Below, one piece after another: positions 50,388 through 59,518 of a DNA stretch of 64,000 nt. The DNA is taken from positions 1,505 through 65,504 of the forward strand of contig DASYXS010000097.1 in the NCBI GenBank assembly GCA_035934535.1, written 5' to 3'. The position numbers were made by a program, and so were the translations under genes. This DNA comes from a bacterium. Lineage in GTDB: Bacteria; Sysuimicrobiota; Sysuimicrobiia; Sysuimicrobiales; Segetimicrobiaceae. Each line of letters starts with the position of its first letter. Positions within the stretch are counted from its first letter, which is position 1. The notes under the pieces are model-generated. The model searched no databases, was not told where the DNA came from, and worked only from the letters and a program-made list of their open reading frames with translations.

Positions 50388-51595
50388 TTGAGCTTGTTCG
50401 CGCCGACCTTCTGGTCCCAGAGTGTAAACGCCTGCACCAGCTTGTCCGGATCGAGCGGAATCTCGATCGGCCGCGTCTTGATCAGATCGTCGAACGACGC
50501 GCGCCGCACCGGCCCGACCTTGTCCTGGCTGTCCTTCGGCGCCATGCTGAGCGCGACGCCCTTGACGGCCGGTCCGGGATAGAAGTAGCCGGTGTCGTAG
50601 GTTTTCGCCTGCTGGTCGGGCCGGAGCACCCACGCGATCAGGTCGAGCACGAGGCCGAGCATCTCCGGCGAGTTGCCCTTCGGCACGCAGATGTACTGCG
50701 TATCCGCGATCAGATGCTCGTTCGCGAACGCGAACGCGCCGAAGTTCGTCGGCACCACACCGAGCGCGCGGACGTTGAGGTCCCAGCCCATCGTCGAGGC
50801 CGCGATCGTGCGCGCGCCCTGACCCAGTTCCTGGAACGTGCCGGCCGTGCCGGTCGGGTAGTACTGGATGTATTGGCCGAGCTGCTGATAGTACGGCCAC
50901 ACCTTCGTCCAGGACTGCGGGTCGCGCGGATTCGCCTCGCCGAGCAGATACGGCAGTCCCATCAAGAAGCTGCGGCCCGGACCGGAGTTGGCCGGCCGCG
51001 CGTAGATCAGCTGGCCGGGGTTGCTCTTCGCCCACGCCAGCAGGTCTTGGGGTGTCTTCGGCGGGTTCGGCAGCTTGGCCGGGTTGTACGTGAACGTCGG
51101 ACCGTAGTTGCCGAAGACGTCGAGGATGCCGTAGCCCTGGGCGAGCCCCTGGGCCTTGGGCTGAATGTAGTTCCCGATCAGGTTGGGCCACTTCGTCTGG
51201 AAGTCAGGGAGCAGCGGCTGCCAGATCTTTTGCACGATGCCCGCGGACAAGGCGTCCGACCCCGTGAGCACCATGTTGATCTGCAGCTGGTTCGCCTGCT
51301 GCTGCGCCAGGATCTTCGACGGCAGCTCGGGCGCCGTCGCCTGCTGGTAGCTCACACCGCTGACGTACTGGTGGTGCGACCCGACGTAGTCTTCGATGAT
51401 GGCCTTGGTCAGCTGCAGCTGACCGGCGACGTCGATGATGGTCAATTGCAGTGGACGCGACGGCATCGGCGGCAGCGCCATTCCCGCCGCGCGTGCGATG
51501 CCGGGACGGCCGGCCAGGAGCCCCGACCCCGCCGCCGCGGCGGCCCCGGCCCCAATGAGGAACGTCCTGCGGTCAAGAGAATGCAAATTGCTCAC
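50384..51595 (-). CDS. ABC importer substrate-binding protein (family 1) with Tat-type signal
   Basis: The start is set at GTG 51593-51595, preceded by GGGGGGTGG (VSNLHSLDRRTFLIGAGAAAAAGSGLLAGRPGIARA, a twin-arginine motif). It is the first gene of the 9-gene operon. Confidence 0.8.
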   Translation of the reverse strand: MSNLHSLDRRTFLIGAGAAAAAGSGLLAGRPGIARAAGMALPPMPSRPLQLTIIDVAGQLQLTKAIIEDYVGSHHQYVSGVSYQQATAPELPSKILAQQQANQLQINMVLTGSDALSAGIVQKIWQPLLPDFQTKWPNLIGNYIQPKAQGLAQGYGILDVFGNYGPTFTYNPAKLPNPPKTPQDLLAWAKSNPGQLIYARPANSGPGRSFLMGLPYLLGEANPRDPQSWTKVWPYYQQLGQYIQYYPTGTAGTFQELGQGARTIAASTMGWDLNVRALGVVPTNFGAFAFANEHLIADTQYICVPKGNSPEMLGLVLDLIAWVLRPDQQAKTYDTGYFYPGPAVKGVALSMAPKDSQDKVGPVRRASFDDLIKTRPIEIPLDPDKLVQAFTLWDQKVGANKLK

Positions 51596-51694
51596 GTGCC
51601 ACCCCCCAATTTTGGCAATCTGGACACTTCCTGCATTCCATACATCATCCCACGTTATGATGACCGTCCAGGGTTCCACCTGTACATCCGACCC

Positions 51695-51718
51695 GCATCC
51701 GATTCGCGGATCGGGTGC
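51695..51718. promoter_or_regulatory. Imperfect inverted repeat in the leader/promoter region of the sugar-acid operon (candidate operator)
   Basis: GCATCCGAT-tcgcgg-ATCGGGTGC matches at 8 of 9 arm positions. It lies in the 159-nt AT-richer gap between the larC stop (51755) and the SBP start (51595). Confidence 0.3.
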
Positions 51719-51754
51719 CCTCTCCTCGTCGCGGCCGGGCGGGAGGGCGGGCGG

Positions 51755-53014
51755 CTACGTGGACCGCGCCCGCCCCGGTCGCTTCGGCGAAGGCTCCGCG
51801 GCCAGGGGCGCGGCCGCGCGCTCCGCGGCGGCGATGACGTGCTTGAGCGGCACGCCGAGGCGTTCGGCGATGGCGCGGCAGGCCTCGAACTCGGGCGCCG
51901 CGTTCAAGACGTCGGCGCCGTCCTCGGCGATTTTCACCGGAATCGTCCCGTACTCCGTTTCCACATCTACGGTCCGCCGCGACGCGGCCAGACGCGCGAC
52001 CTCGTACGCGCGCACGCCGAGCGTCGTCGTCTCCGCGAGCAAGATGCCGGTCAATTCCCGCGCCCGGTCCGGGGACACGAGCACGCGCAGCACGTGGCCG
52101 GGCCGGCCCTTTTTCATCACCGCCGGTACGGCGGCGACGTCGAGCGCGCCCGCCTGGAAGAGACGCGCCGTGACGTGCGGGTACAGCTGCGGATTCATAT
52201 CGTCGATCGACGTCTCCAGCATCACGAGCCGCTCGGTCCGCGCCCCGCCGCCAAACGGGTCCGCGCCGTCGCCGTTCGCGCCCGCGCGGCCCTCCGGCGT
52301 CTGCAGCGCCTCGCCGACGAACAAACGCAGGACGTTCGCCCGCTCGGGATCGTCGCGGCCGGCGCCGGTGCCGATCCGCTCCACGCGCATCAGCGGCAGC
52401 GGGCCCCAGGCGGACACGATCTCTTGCAGCAGCGCGGCGCCCGTGGGCGTCAACCACTCGCCCTCGATCTCACCGCCTGACACCGGCATGCCTTCGAGCA
52501 GCGCCTGCGTCGCGGGGGCCGGCACCGGTACCAGGCCGTGCCGGATGCGTACCCAGCCGCGCCCGATGGTGACGGGAGACGCGACGATGCGGTGGAGTTT
52601 GAGGGCCTCCACCCCGGCGAGCACTCCCACCACGTCGACGAGGGTATCGAGGCCGCCCAATTCGTGCAGATGAACATGCTCGACCGGCACGCCGTGTACT
52701 TGGGATTCGACCTCGGCCAGGCGTCGCAGCACACCCGCGGCGCGCCGGCGGATCGGCGCCGCCACCCGGCAGCCGTCCACGGTCGCGGCGAGCTCCGGAT
52801 AGAGGCGCTCGTGGGCCGGATCGTCCTCGATAACCTCGACGCGCAGGGCGGGGACTCCGCGGCGCTCACCCGGCGTAACCGAGAGGCGGACCGGCACGCC
52901 GAGGTCGGCGACCACCCCATGCAGCGCCGCCTCCGGCCACCCCGCGCCGACGAGCGCGCCGAGCAGCATGTCCCCGCTCGCGCCGCTCCCGCAGTCAAGG
53001 TACCCGAGACGCAT
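51755..53014 (-). CDS. larC: Nickel-pincer cofactor biosynthesis protein LarC (nickel insertion, DUF111)
   Basis: 419 aa in a single unbroken ORF. The N-terminus MRLGYLDCGSGASGDMLLGALVGAGWP is characteristic of LarC/DUF111. Confidence 0.88.
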   Translation of the reverse strand: MRLGYLDCGSGASGDMLLGALVGAGWPEAALHGVVADLGVPVRLSVTPGERRGVPALRVEVIEDDPAHERLYPELAATVDGCRVAAPIRRRAAGVLRRLAEVESQVHGVPVEHVHLHELGGLDTLVDVVGVLAGVEALKLHRIVASPVTIGRGWVRIRHGLVPVPAPATQALLEGMPVSGGEIEGEWLTPTGAALLQEIVSAWGPLPLMRVERIGTGAGRDDPERANVLRLFVGEALQTPEGRAGANGDGADPFGGGARTERLVMLETSIDDMNPQLYPHVTARLFQAGALDVAAVPAVMKKGRPGHVLRVLVSPDRARELTGILLAETTTLGVRAYEVARLAASRRTVDVETEYGTIPVKIAEDGADVLNAAPEFEACRAIAERLGVPLKHVIAAAERAAAPLAAEPSPKRPGRARST

Positions 53015-53789
53015 GCGCCTCCCCGGAAACCTCCGTCACGCCGGTCGCGCTGCCGTTGATGCACGCGGCGAGGTAGCCCGCGCCGAAGCCGTTGTCGATG
53101 TTCACGACCGCGACGCCGGGAGCGCACGCGTTGAGCATCGTGAGCAGCGGCGCAAGCCCGCCGAGATGCGCCCCATAGCCAATGCTGGTCGGCACGCCGA
53201 TGACCGGCGCCCGCGTGAGGCCCGCCACAACCGCCGGCAGCGCGCCGTCCATGCCGGCGGCCACGACCAGCGCCCGCGCCCGCTCGAGCAGGTCGCGGTG
53301 CGGGACGAGACGGTGCAGCCCGCTCACGCCGACGTCGTAGGCGCGCACAACCTCGGCCCCCATCACCTCCGCCGTCCACGCCGCCTCCTCGGCGACGGGC
53401 AGATCGCCGGTGCCCCCGGTCAGCACGCCGACGCAGCCGGTGCGGTGACGCGGCGCCTCACCGAGCACGATGAGGCGCGCATCCGCGACGTACGTCGCAC
53501 CGGGCAGCGCTTCGGCGACCGCGGCCGCGACGTCCGCGGGCGCGCGGGTCAGCAGCACAGGACCGCCGGCCCGGCGCAGCGCGGAGGCGATCTCGACGAT
53601 CTGCGCGACGGACTTTCCGGGGCAGTAGACCGCTTCCGGCGCGCCGCGCCGCAGCGGCCGGTGGGTGTCCGCCTTGGCGAAGCCGAGGTCCGCGAACGGC
53701 AGCCAGCGCAGCGCCGAGAGGGCGTCCGCCACGGAAACCCGGCCGGACCGGACGTCACCCAGCAGGCGGGTGAGCGTGTCTTCGTTCAC
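52995..53789 (-). CDS. larB: Nickel-pincer cofactor biosynthesis protein LarB (NaAD carboxylase/hydrolase, PurE-like)
   Basis: The start is GTG 53787-53789 (VNEDTLTRLLGDVRSGRVSV), a GTGA overlap with the larE stop. The AIR-carboxylase-like C-terminal half reads VLTGGTGDLPVAEEA...VAAGMDGALPAVVAGL...VIGVPTS. Confidence 0.85.
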   Translation of the reverse strand: MNEDTLTRLLGDVRSGRVSVADALSALRWLPFADLGFAKADTHRPLRRGAPEAVYCPGKSVAQIVEIASALRRAGGPVLLTRAPADVAAAVAEALPGATYVADARLIVLGEAPRHRTGCVGVLTGGTGDLPVAEEAAWTAEVMGAEVVRAYDVGVSGLHRLVPHRDLLERARALVVAAGMDGALPAVVAGLTRAPVIGVPTSIGYGAHLGGLAPLLTMLNACAPGVAVVNIDNGFGAGYLAACINGSATGVTEVSGEAHASRVP

Positions 53790-54661
53790 GCGCGTCGCCC
53801 GTCCGCCGGCGCGACGAGCCCGGTGGTTTGCCGGCGGGCGGTACCGGCCGCGGCCAGTTCCGCCGAAAACCGCCCCGATCGCAGCCCGTCCGGCGCGATC
53901 CGCACGCTCGCAAAGCCGATCGCGCGCAGCGCGTCCGCGAGCCGGTCCGACATCGCCGTCAGGCGCCCGACCTCCGGCGACGGCACCTCGACGCTCGCGG
54001 CGGCGCCGTGGTGGCGGACCCGCACGTCGCGGAACCCGAGGCTCCGAACGATGCGCTCCGCCGCTTCGATCTGGCCGAGCGCGGCGACGGTCACCGGCGA
54101 TCCGAACGGCAGGCGCGATGCGAGGCACGGCGCGGCGGGCTTGTCCCACACCTCGAGCCCGCGCCGGCGCGCCAGAGCGCGGATCTCCGCCTTGCCGAGG
54201 CCCGCGTCGAGCAGCGGTGCGTGCACCGCGAACTCCCCGGCCGCGCGCATCCCCGGCCGGTCATCGCCCACGTCGTCGGCGTTGGCGCCGTAGACGAGGG
54301 CCGGGAGGCCGAGTTCGGCGGCGAGCCGGGTGAGCTCGGTAAACAGCGCGTGCTTGCAGAAATAGCAGCGGTTCGCGTCGTTGCGGAGGTAGCGGGCGTC
54401 CTCGAACTCGCGCGTCTCGACGTGCAGGTGCCGCACGCCGAGCGATGCGGCGATCCGCTCCGCGGCGGCCAGCTCGTCCTGCGCAAGCGACGGAGAGACC
54501 GCGGTCGCCGCGACGCACCGGTCGCCGAGCACGTCAAAGGCAGCCGCGAGCAGATACGCGCTGTCGACGCCGCCCGAAAACGCGACCACGACGCCGCCGA
54601 GCGTCCGGAGACCGGCCTCGAGCCGCGCCTGCTTACCGTCGAGCGTGTTCACGCCGCGCAT
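53786..54661 (-). CDS. larE: Nickel-pincer cofactor biosynthesis protein LarE (ATP-dependent sulfur transferase, PP-loop)
   Basis: 291 aa with the PP-loop VAFSGGVDSAYL. It also has RCYFCK (CxxC) and a downstream PCLASRLP cysteine. Confidence 0.88.
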   Translation of the reverse strand: MRGVNTLDGKQARLEAGLRTLGGVVVAFSGGVDSAYLLAAAFDVLGDRCVAATAVSPSLAQDELAAAERIAASLGVRHLHVETREFEDARYLRNDANRCYFCKHALFTELTRLAAELGLPALVYGANADDVGDDRPGMRAAGEFAVHAPLLDAGLGKAEIRALARRRGLEVWDKPAAPCLASRLPFGSPVTVAALGQIEAAERIVRSLGFRDVRVRHHGAAASVEVPSPEVGRLTAMSDRLADALRAIGFASVRIAPDGLRSGRFSAELAAAGTARRQTTGLVAPADGRRA

Positions 54662-55628
54662 CCCCTCCGCGTCCTTCGACCCGTCCTTCGACCGGCGGCC
54701 GCACTACGCCTCCGTGGCCACCCGCGAGCCGCACGCCCGCGAGGGTGAGGAGCGCCCCCGCCGCCTGCACGGGACTCAGCGACTCGCCGAGGACTGCGGC
54801 GGCGATTACCACCGCGGAGACCGGCTCGAGGTACACGTACACCATCGTCTGCCGCTGTCCGAACCGGTGCAGCGACCGGCCCCAGAGCGCCATCGCCACG
54901 ACCATCCCAGCGGTGCCGCCGTAGACGAGCCCGCCCCACGCCGGCCACGACACCGCGCCCCACGCGTAATGGGCCACGTCCGGCAGCGCAAGCGGCGCGA
55001 AAAGGAACATCGCGATCCCCATCGCCCACCCGGTCGCCTGCCACGTCCCGGCCGCCGCCACGACGGGGCTCACCGCGAAGCTGTACCAGCTCCACGCGGC
55101 GGCCGCGCCGAGCGCGAGCACATCGCCGATCAACCGCGACGCGCCGAGCCCGCCCGCCGCTCCCCAGACTAAGAACGCCACGCCCGCGATGCCGGCCGCG
55201 AGTCCAATCCACCGGCGGCTGTCCAGGGTCTCGCCGCCGCGCACGGCCAGCCACGCTGCGGTTAGGATCGGGGACGCCGCAAGCAAGATCGCGCTTTGTC
55301 CGGCCGTCGTCCAGCGGAGGCTGCCCACGAGCAGGATCTGAAACGCCGCCTGGGCGATCCCCGCGACCAAGACGGCCCACCGGAGTCCGCGCGGCACCGC
55401 TCGGCGCCGCGGCAACCAGATCGCCGCCAGCACGGCAGTGGCCAGGGCGAGGCGCAGAAACGTGAAGTCGACGACCGGGATCTCGCGCAGCGCAAGCCGT
55501 GCGCCGGGGTAAATGCCACCCCACAGCACCACCGCCAGCAGCGGTTCGACGAGAATCCACCCGCCCGCGCGGCGGCCCGCCGCTCCGGGCACGGCCGGGG
55601 CCCCGCCGGCGGCCGAAGCCCCGCTCAT
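54633..55628 (-). CDS. DMT-superfamily transporter (EamA family)
   Basis: The start is ATG 55626-55628, an ATGA overlap with the SDR stop. It has ten hydrophobic spans arranged as two EamA repeats. It overlaps the larE start by 29 nt. Confidence 0.85.
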   Translation of the reverse strand: MSGASAAGGAPAVPGAAGRRAGGWILVEPLLAVVLWGGIYPGARLALREIPVVDFTFLRLALATAVLAAIWLPRRRAVPRGLRWAVLVAGIAQAAFQILLVGSLRWTTAGQSAILLAASPILTAAWLAVRGGETLDSRRWIGLAAGIAGVAFLVWGAAGGLGASRLIGDVLALGAAAAWSWYSFAVSPVVAAAGTWQATGWAMGIAMFLFAPLALPDVAHYAWGAVSWPAWGGLVYGGTAGMVVAMALWGRSLHRFGQRQTMVYVYLEPVSAVVIAAAVLGESLSPVQAAGALLTLAGVRLAGGHGGVVRPPVEGRVEGRGGDARREHARR

Positions 55629-56377
55629 ACCATTACGGAACCGCCGTTCACATCGAGGCACTGGCCGGTCATGAACCGGCCGTCGTCCGAGGCGAGGTAC
55701 AGCGCGGCCTTGGCGATGTCGTCAGGATCGCCCATGCGGCGCAGCGGCAGCTCCGCGGCCCGCGCGCGCTGGCGCTCGGGCGGGTAGATCGCGCGGTTCA
55801 TGTCGGTGACGATCGCGCCGGGACAGATCGCGTTCACCGTGATGCTGTACTCGCCGACCTCGCGCGCCAGCGACCGCGTGAACGCCAGGACGAAGCCTTT
55901 GGTCCCGGAGTAGACGGCGAAGTCGGCCGATCCGACGTGGCCGAGCTGGGACGAAAGGTTGATGATCCGTCCGCCACGCCGGTCGATCATCGACGGCAGG
56001 AGCGCCCGCGTCAGCGTGAGCGTCCCGTATATGTTCACGCCGATCATCGCGGTCCACGTCGACGGATCCTGCGTCGCGAACGGCACGACGTCCATAATGC
56101 CCGCGTTGTTGACGAGCACGTCGACGCGCCCGAACTCGCGCAGCGCCCGCTCCGCGAGCGCGCCCGTATCAGCGCTCCTCGCCACATCGGCCCGGACCGC
56201 GATCCCCCGCCGTCCGGTCCGTTCAATCTGCTCGACGACGAATGCCGCCTCGGCTTCCGCGGCTCGGTAGGCGATCACGATGTCGGCGCCTTCTTGCGCG
56301 AAGCACAGCGCGGTCGCGCGGCCGAAGCCGCGGCTGCCGCCGGTGATGAGCGCGACCCGATCGGTAAGCCTGCCCAT
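55625..56377 (-). CDS. SDR family oxidoreductase (FabG-like)
   Basis: ATG 56375-56377 is preceded by GGTGGAGGGGGCC. Motifs are ITGGSRGFGRA and YSGTKGFVLAFT (YxxxK). It is the first gene of the SDR-EamA-larEBC operon. Confidence 0.9.
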   Translation of the reverse strand: MGRLTDRVALITGGSRGFGRATALCFAQEGADIVIAYRAAEAEAAFVVEQIERTGRRGIAVRADVARSADTGALAERALREFGRVDVLVNNAGIMDVVPFATQDPSTWTAMIGVNIYGTLTLTRALLPSMIDRRGGRIINLSSQLGHVGSADFAVYSGTKGFVLAFTRSLAREVGEYSITVNAICPGAIVTDMNRAIYPPERQRARAAELPLRRMGDPDDIAKAALYLASDDGRFMTGQCLDVNGGSVMV

Positions 56378-56417
56378 GGCCCCCTCCACCGCACCGAACT
56401 AGGCCACGATAGCGTGG

Positions 56418-56423
56418 ATTGTG
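56418..56423 (-). promoter_or_regulatory. Putative -10 element (CACAAT) of the SDR-EamA-lar operon
   Basis: CACAAT on the minus strand lies about 41 nt upstream of ATG 56377. It sits within the 7-bp inverted repeat GGCCACG...CGTGGCC. Confidence 0.3.
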
Positions 56424-56543
56424 CGTGGCCCCGGGAGGTTCGGCGAGCCGGACCGCGCGACCTACGGGAGGAGACGCTGAGCGCCACAGCCAACGGCAGA
56501 GCGTCTCAACCAGCACCACCCCCGCGGGGAGGTCCGGCCCGCC

Positions 56544-57386
56544 ATGCCGACGATCGCCGAGAAGCGCCGCACGTTCCGGCAGCTCCACGAATCCGGCTGC
56601 TTCATCATTCCAAACCCGTGGGACGCCGGCACCGCGCGCTATCTGCAGCACCTCGGCTTCAAGGCGATCGCGACGACCAGCTCCGGCGCGGCGTGGTCGA
56701 TGGCGCTGCCCGATGAGGACTGGGCGCTCACCCGCGATCCGATGCTGGCGCACATCCGCATGATCGTCGAGGCGTCCGATCTGCCCGTGAACGCCGATTA
56801 CGAATCGGGCTATGCGGACGATCCCGCGGGCGTCGGCGAAAGCGTGCGGCTGTGCATCGAGACGGGCGTGGCCGGCCTGTCGATCGAGGATTCGACCGGC
56901 GACGCGTCCCGGCCGCTCTATGACTTCGACCTGGCCGTCGCCCGCATCCGCGCCGCCCGGGTTGCGATCGACCGCGCCGGCGGCGACGTGCTCCTCGTCG
57001 GGCGTTCGGAAGGGTTCATCCGCGGAGCACCCGACCTCGACGAGACGATCGGCCGGCTCCGGGCCTACGCGTCGGCCGGTGCCGACTGTCTCTACGCGCC
57101 GGGGATCCGGACGCGCGAGCAGATCGGCGCGGTCGTCGACGCCGTGGCGCCGAAGCCGGTCAACCTCCTGATCGGCGCGCCGATCGGGCTCACCCTCGCG
57201 GACGCAGCCGCCCTCGGCGTGCGCCGGATCAGCGTCGGCGGCGCGCTCGCGCGCGCCGCCTGGGGCGGATTCATCCGCGCGGCGACAGGCCTCGTCGCGG
57301 GGACCTTCGACGCCTTCGCGGACGCGGCGCCCGGCGGTGACCTGAACGCGTTGTTCACCGGGGACTTCAAGCGGAGGCAGCGGTGA
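56544..57386 (+). CDS. Isocitrate lyase / PEP mutase superfamily protein (2-methylisocitrate lyase / carboxy-PEP mutase-like)
   Basis: 280 aa with ATG after GGGGAGG. Blocks are FIIPNPWDAGTARYL, ATTSSGAAWS and GLSIEDSTGD. Confidence 0.85.
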   Translation: MPTIAEKRRTFRQLHESGCFIIPNPWDAGTARYLQHLGFKAIATTSSGAAWSMALPDEDWALTRDPMLAHIRMIVEASDLPVNADYESGYADDPAGVGESVRLCIETGVAGLSIEDSTGDASRPLYDFDLAVARIRAARVAIDRAGGDVLLVGRSEGFIRGAPDLDETIGRLRAYASAGADCLYAPGIRTREQIGAVVDAVAPKPVNLLIGAPIGLTLADAAALGVRRISVGGALARAAWGGFIRAATGLVAGTFDAFADAAPGGDLNALFTGDFKRRQR

Positions 57387-57982
57387 TGCCGGCGGACGTC
57401 CGGTATGCGCGTCTTGCGACACCGGTCGGACCCATGCTCGTCGCGGAGACCGACGGAGGCGTGCTGGCCATCTACTTTGAGGAAGGACGCAGGCGCCGCC
57501 GCGTCGACCGGGCGTGGCGCCTCGTCGATGCGCGCGAGATCCGCGTCGCCGCCCAACTCGCGGAGTACTTCGCCGGCACCCGCCGGACGTTCGAGGTTCG
57601 CCTCGCGCCGCAGGGCACACCGTTTCAGCGGCGCGTCTGGGAGGCGGTGGCGGCGATCCCGTACGGGAAGACTCGCTCCTACGGAGCGATCGCATCCGAG
57701 ATCGGCGCGCCCATTGCCGTGCGCGCCGTCGGCGCGGCGAACGGCCGGAATCCATGGCCGATCGTCGTGCCCTGCCACCGCGTAATCGGGAGCGACGGGT
57801 CGCTGACGGGGTACGGCGGCGGGCTTCCGATCAAGCGCGCGCTGCTCGACTTCGAGCGCGGCGCCGGCCGGCTCTTTACGGGTCCCGGAGATTCGTGGCT
57901 GGCGTCGCCCCGCGGGGGCGGGACTAGCCCTCGGGATGCGAGGGCGTCGGAATCCACCACTCCTCGCCGCGCGGTGTCGTAA
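57386..57982 (+). CDS. ogt: Methylated-DNA-protein-cysteine methyltransferase
   Basis: The active site is IVVPCHRVIGSDGSLTGYGGGLPIKRALLDFE. The start is ATG 57386 (or GTG 57383), overlapping the upstream TGA, with GGAGG 8 nt upstream. A low-complexity C-terminal tail of about 40 aa runs into the convergent gene. Confidence 0.88.
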   Translation: MPADVRYARLATPVGPMLVAETDGGVLAIYFEEGRRRRRVDRAWRLVDAREIRVAAQLAEYFAGTRRTFEVRLAPQGTPFQRRVWEAVAAIPYGKTRSYGAIASEIGAPIAVRAVGAANGRNPWPIVVPCHRVIGSDGSLTGYGGGLPIKRALLDFERGAGRLFTGPGDSWLASPRGGGTSPRDARASESTTPRRAVS

Positions 57983-59507
57983 CGTACTCGGGCCAGCGCA
58001 GATCGACCGGCGGCGCGAAGTCGCGCGGCAGGAGCGGCGCGACCCACCGGGCGCCGCCGACGCCGCCGCCGGTCCGCTCCTCGAATTCGGCCCGCGCGGC
58101 CGCGAGCTCGCCGGGAGACACCAGCAGGTCGACGAGGCTCGCCGCGATCGTCTTGCCCGCGGTGAACGTCATCGGATCGATGCAGGCCGGCACGCCGCCG
58201 ATCGCGTTTGACGTCCACGCCGGATACTCGTAGCCCGGCTGCGCCGGCCGGAGCCGAGGCCGCCCGGTGAACAGCCGCGCCGTCGGCGCGTGCCACGTGT
58301 AGTCGACGTAGTCGTCCGACGTGAAGCTCTGCTGCCAGGCGGGCAGCGCCTCCCGCAGGCGCGCCTCGTTCTCGGCCGGCGGCACGAGCCGGCTGCACGA
58401 CGCGATGAACGGGTCCTCCATCGGCGTGATGCCGAGGGTTTGCTGGATCTCCCGGCCGAACCGGCGCGCCTCTTCGCCGAAGACCGGGGGCCCGACCAGT
58501 TCCAGATTGCGGTACACGAGCTCGGCGAGGGCACGGTTCGGCAGGCCGGTGCGCGTCTTCGTGATCCACCGAACGCCGTGCCGGCAGTGCGCGATCGCGG
58601 CCGCGTGGGCCGCGTTCCGCTCGAGCACCTTGGCGATCTGCTCCTGGATGCCGAGGCTCGGCGAGCGCCACGCGTACTGGATCGCGGCGTAGCGCGGCGG
58701 CAGGTTGTCGGACGTGCACTGCCCGCCCACCATCATGAACTCGTTGAGCGTCCACGTGCCGGTGTGCGGGAACATCGCTTCCTTCAAATACTTGCTGCTC
58801 GTGTACATCAGGCAGACCGCGTCGAGCGCCCCGGGGCACCGCGCCGTCGCGTGCGAGTGGCGGACCGGCATCAGCGAGTGGTCGATCCACGTTTCCGGCT
58901 CGTCGCACTCGAACGCGTACTGCGCGCTCCAATAGGCGCCGCACTGCGTATCCCAGGCGACGGTGTTGTTGGGATTCGGATGGAACGCGATGTAGGCGTC
59001 CGCGCCGTCGTAGTAGCCTTTGGCCGCGTGGACCGGCTTGGAGCCGCAGACCTTCTCCGCGGGCTCGCCGAAGAAGCGGAGTGTGCCCCGCAGGCCGTGC
59101 CGCTGCATCGCGGCCTTGGCCGCGAGCACGCCGGTCAGCGCGGCGACGCCGAGCGCGGAGTGCGGATCGGTGTGGCCGGCCGCGTACGGATGAAGGCCGT
59201 CGCGCGGCGCCCGCCGGGGCGCCGGCTGCTGCGAGTTCTCCGGCACCGCATCGTACTCGCCGTAGGAGCCCAGCACCGGCCGGCCCTCGCCGAACGTGGC
59301 GAGAAACGCCGTCGGCATCCCGCCCGTGCCTTCCTCGACGTGGAAGCCTTCCGCCCGCAGCAGGTCGCGGTAGGCGCGCGCGGACTTGTACTCGCGCCAC
59401 GCCGGCTCGGCGTACCGCCAGATCTCCTCGCAGAAGCGCGAGAGCCGCGGTCGGTTCTCCTCCACCCACGCGAGCGTGGTCTGCTTCTCCGCGGACAAGT
59501 GCGCCAT
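57924..59507 (-). CDS. M20-family amidohydrolase (aminobenzoyl-glutamate utilisation protein B, AbgB-like)
   Basis: The start is ATG 59505-59507, preceded by GAGGGAGGGCGCC (MAHLSAEKQTT...). The upstream part of the 1369-aa track ORF is spurious. The N-terminal half (EEIWRYAEPAWREYKSARAYRDLLRAEGFHV...MPTAFLATFGEGRPVLGSYGEYDAVPENSQQ) resembles AbgB as I remember it. Confidence 0.6.
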   Translation of the reverse strand: MAHLSAEKQTTLAWVEENRPRLSRFCEEIWRYAEPAWREYKSARAYRDLLRAEGFHVEEGTGGMPTAFLATFGEGRPVLGSYGEYDAVPENSQQPAPRRAPRDGLHPYAAGHTDPHSALGVAALTGVLAAKAAMQRHGLRGTLRFFGEPAEKVCGSKPVHAAKGYYDGADAYIAFHPNPNNTVAWDTQCGAYWSAQYAFECDEPETWIDHSLMPVRHSHATARCPGALDAVCLMYTSSKYLKEAMFPHTGTWTLNEFMMVGGQCTSDNLPPRYAAIQYAWRSPSLGIQEQIAKVLERNAAHAAAIAHCRHGVRWITKTRTGLPNRALAELVYRNLELVGPPVFGEEARRFGREIQQTLGITPMEDPFIASCSRLVPPAENEARLREALPAWQQSFTSDDYVDYTWHAPTARLFTGRPRLRPAQPGYEYPAWTSNAIGGVPACIDPMTFTAGKTIAASLVDLLVSPGELAAARAEFEERTGGGVGGARWVAPLLPRDFAPPVDLRWPEYVTTPRGEEWWIPTPSHPEG

Positions 59508-59518
59508 GGCGCCCTCCC

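Noticed and set aside
51755-53014. Possible programmed frameshift in larC, as reported for some lactobacilli
   Set aside because: The gene is one uninterrupted 419-aa ORF of normal DUF111 length. There is no evidence of a split or a frameshift.
56471-56507. 8-bp inverted repeat GAGACGCT-(21 nt)-AGCGTCTC upstream of the PEP-mutase-family gene
   Set aside because: It could be a 5'-UTR hairpin or an operator. However, the stem is short with a long loop, it is unsupported by any second feature, and it is within chance expectation. I noted it but did not call it.
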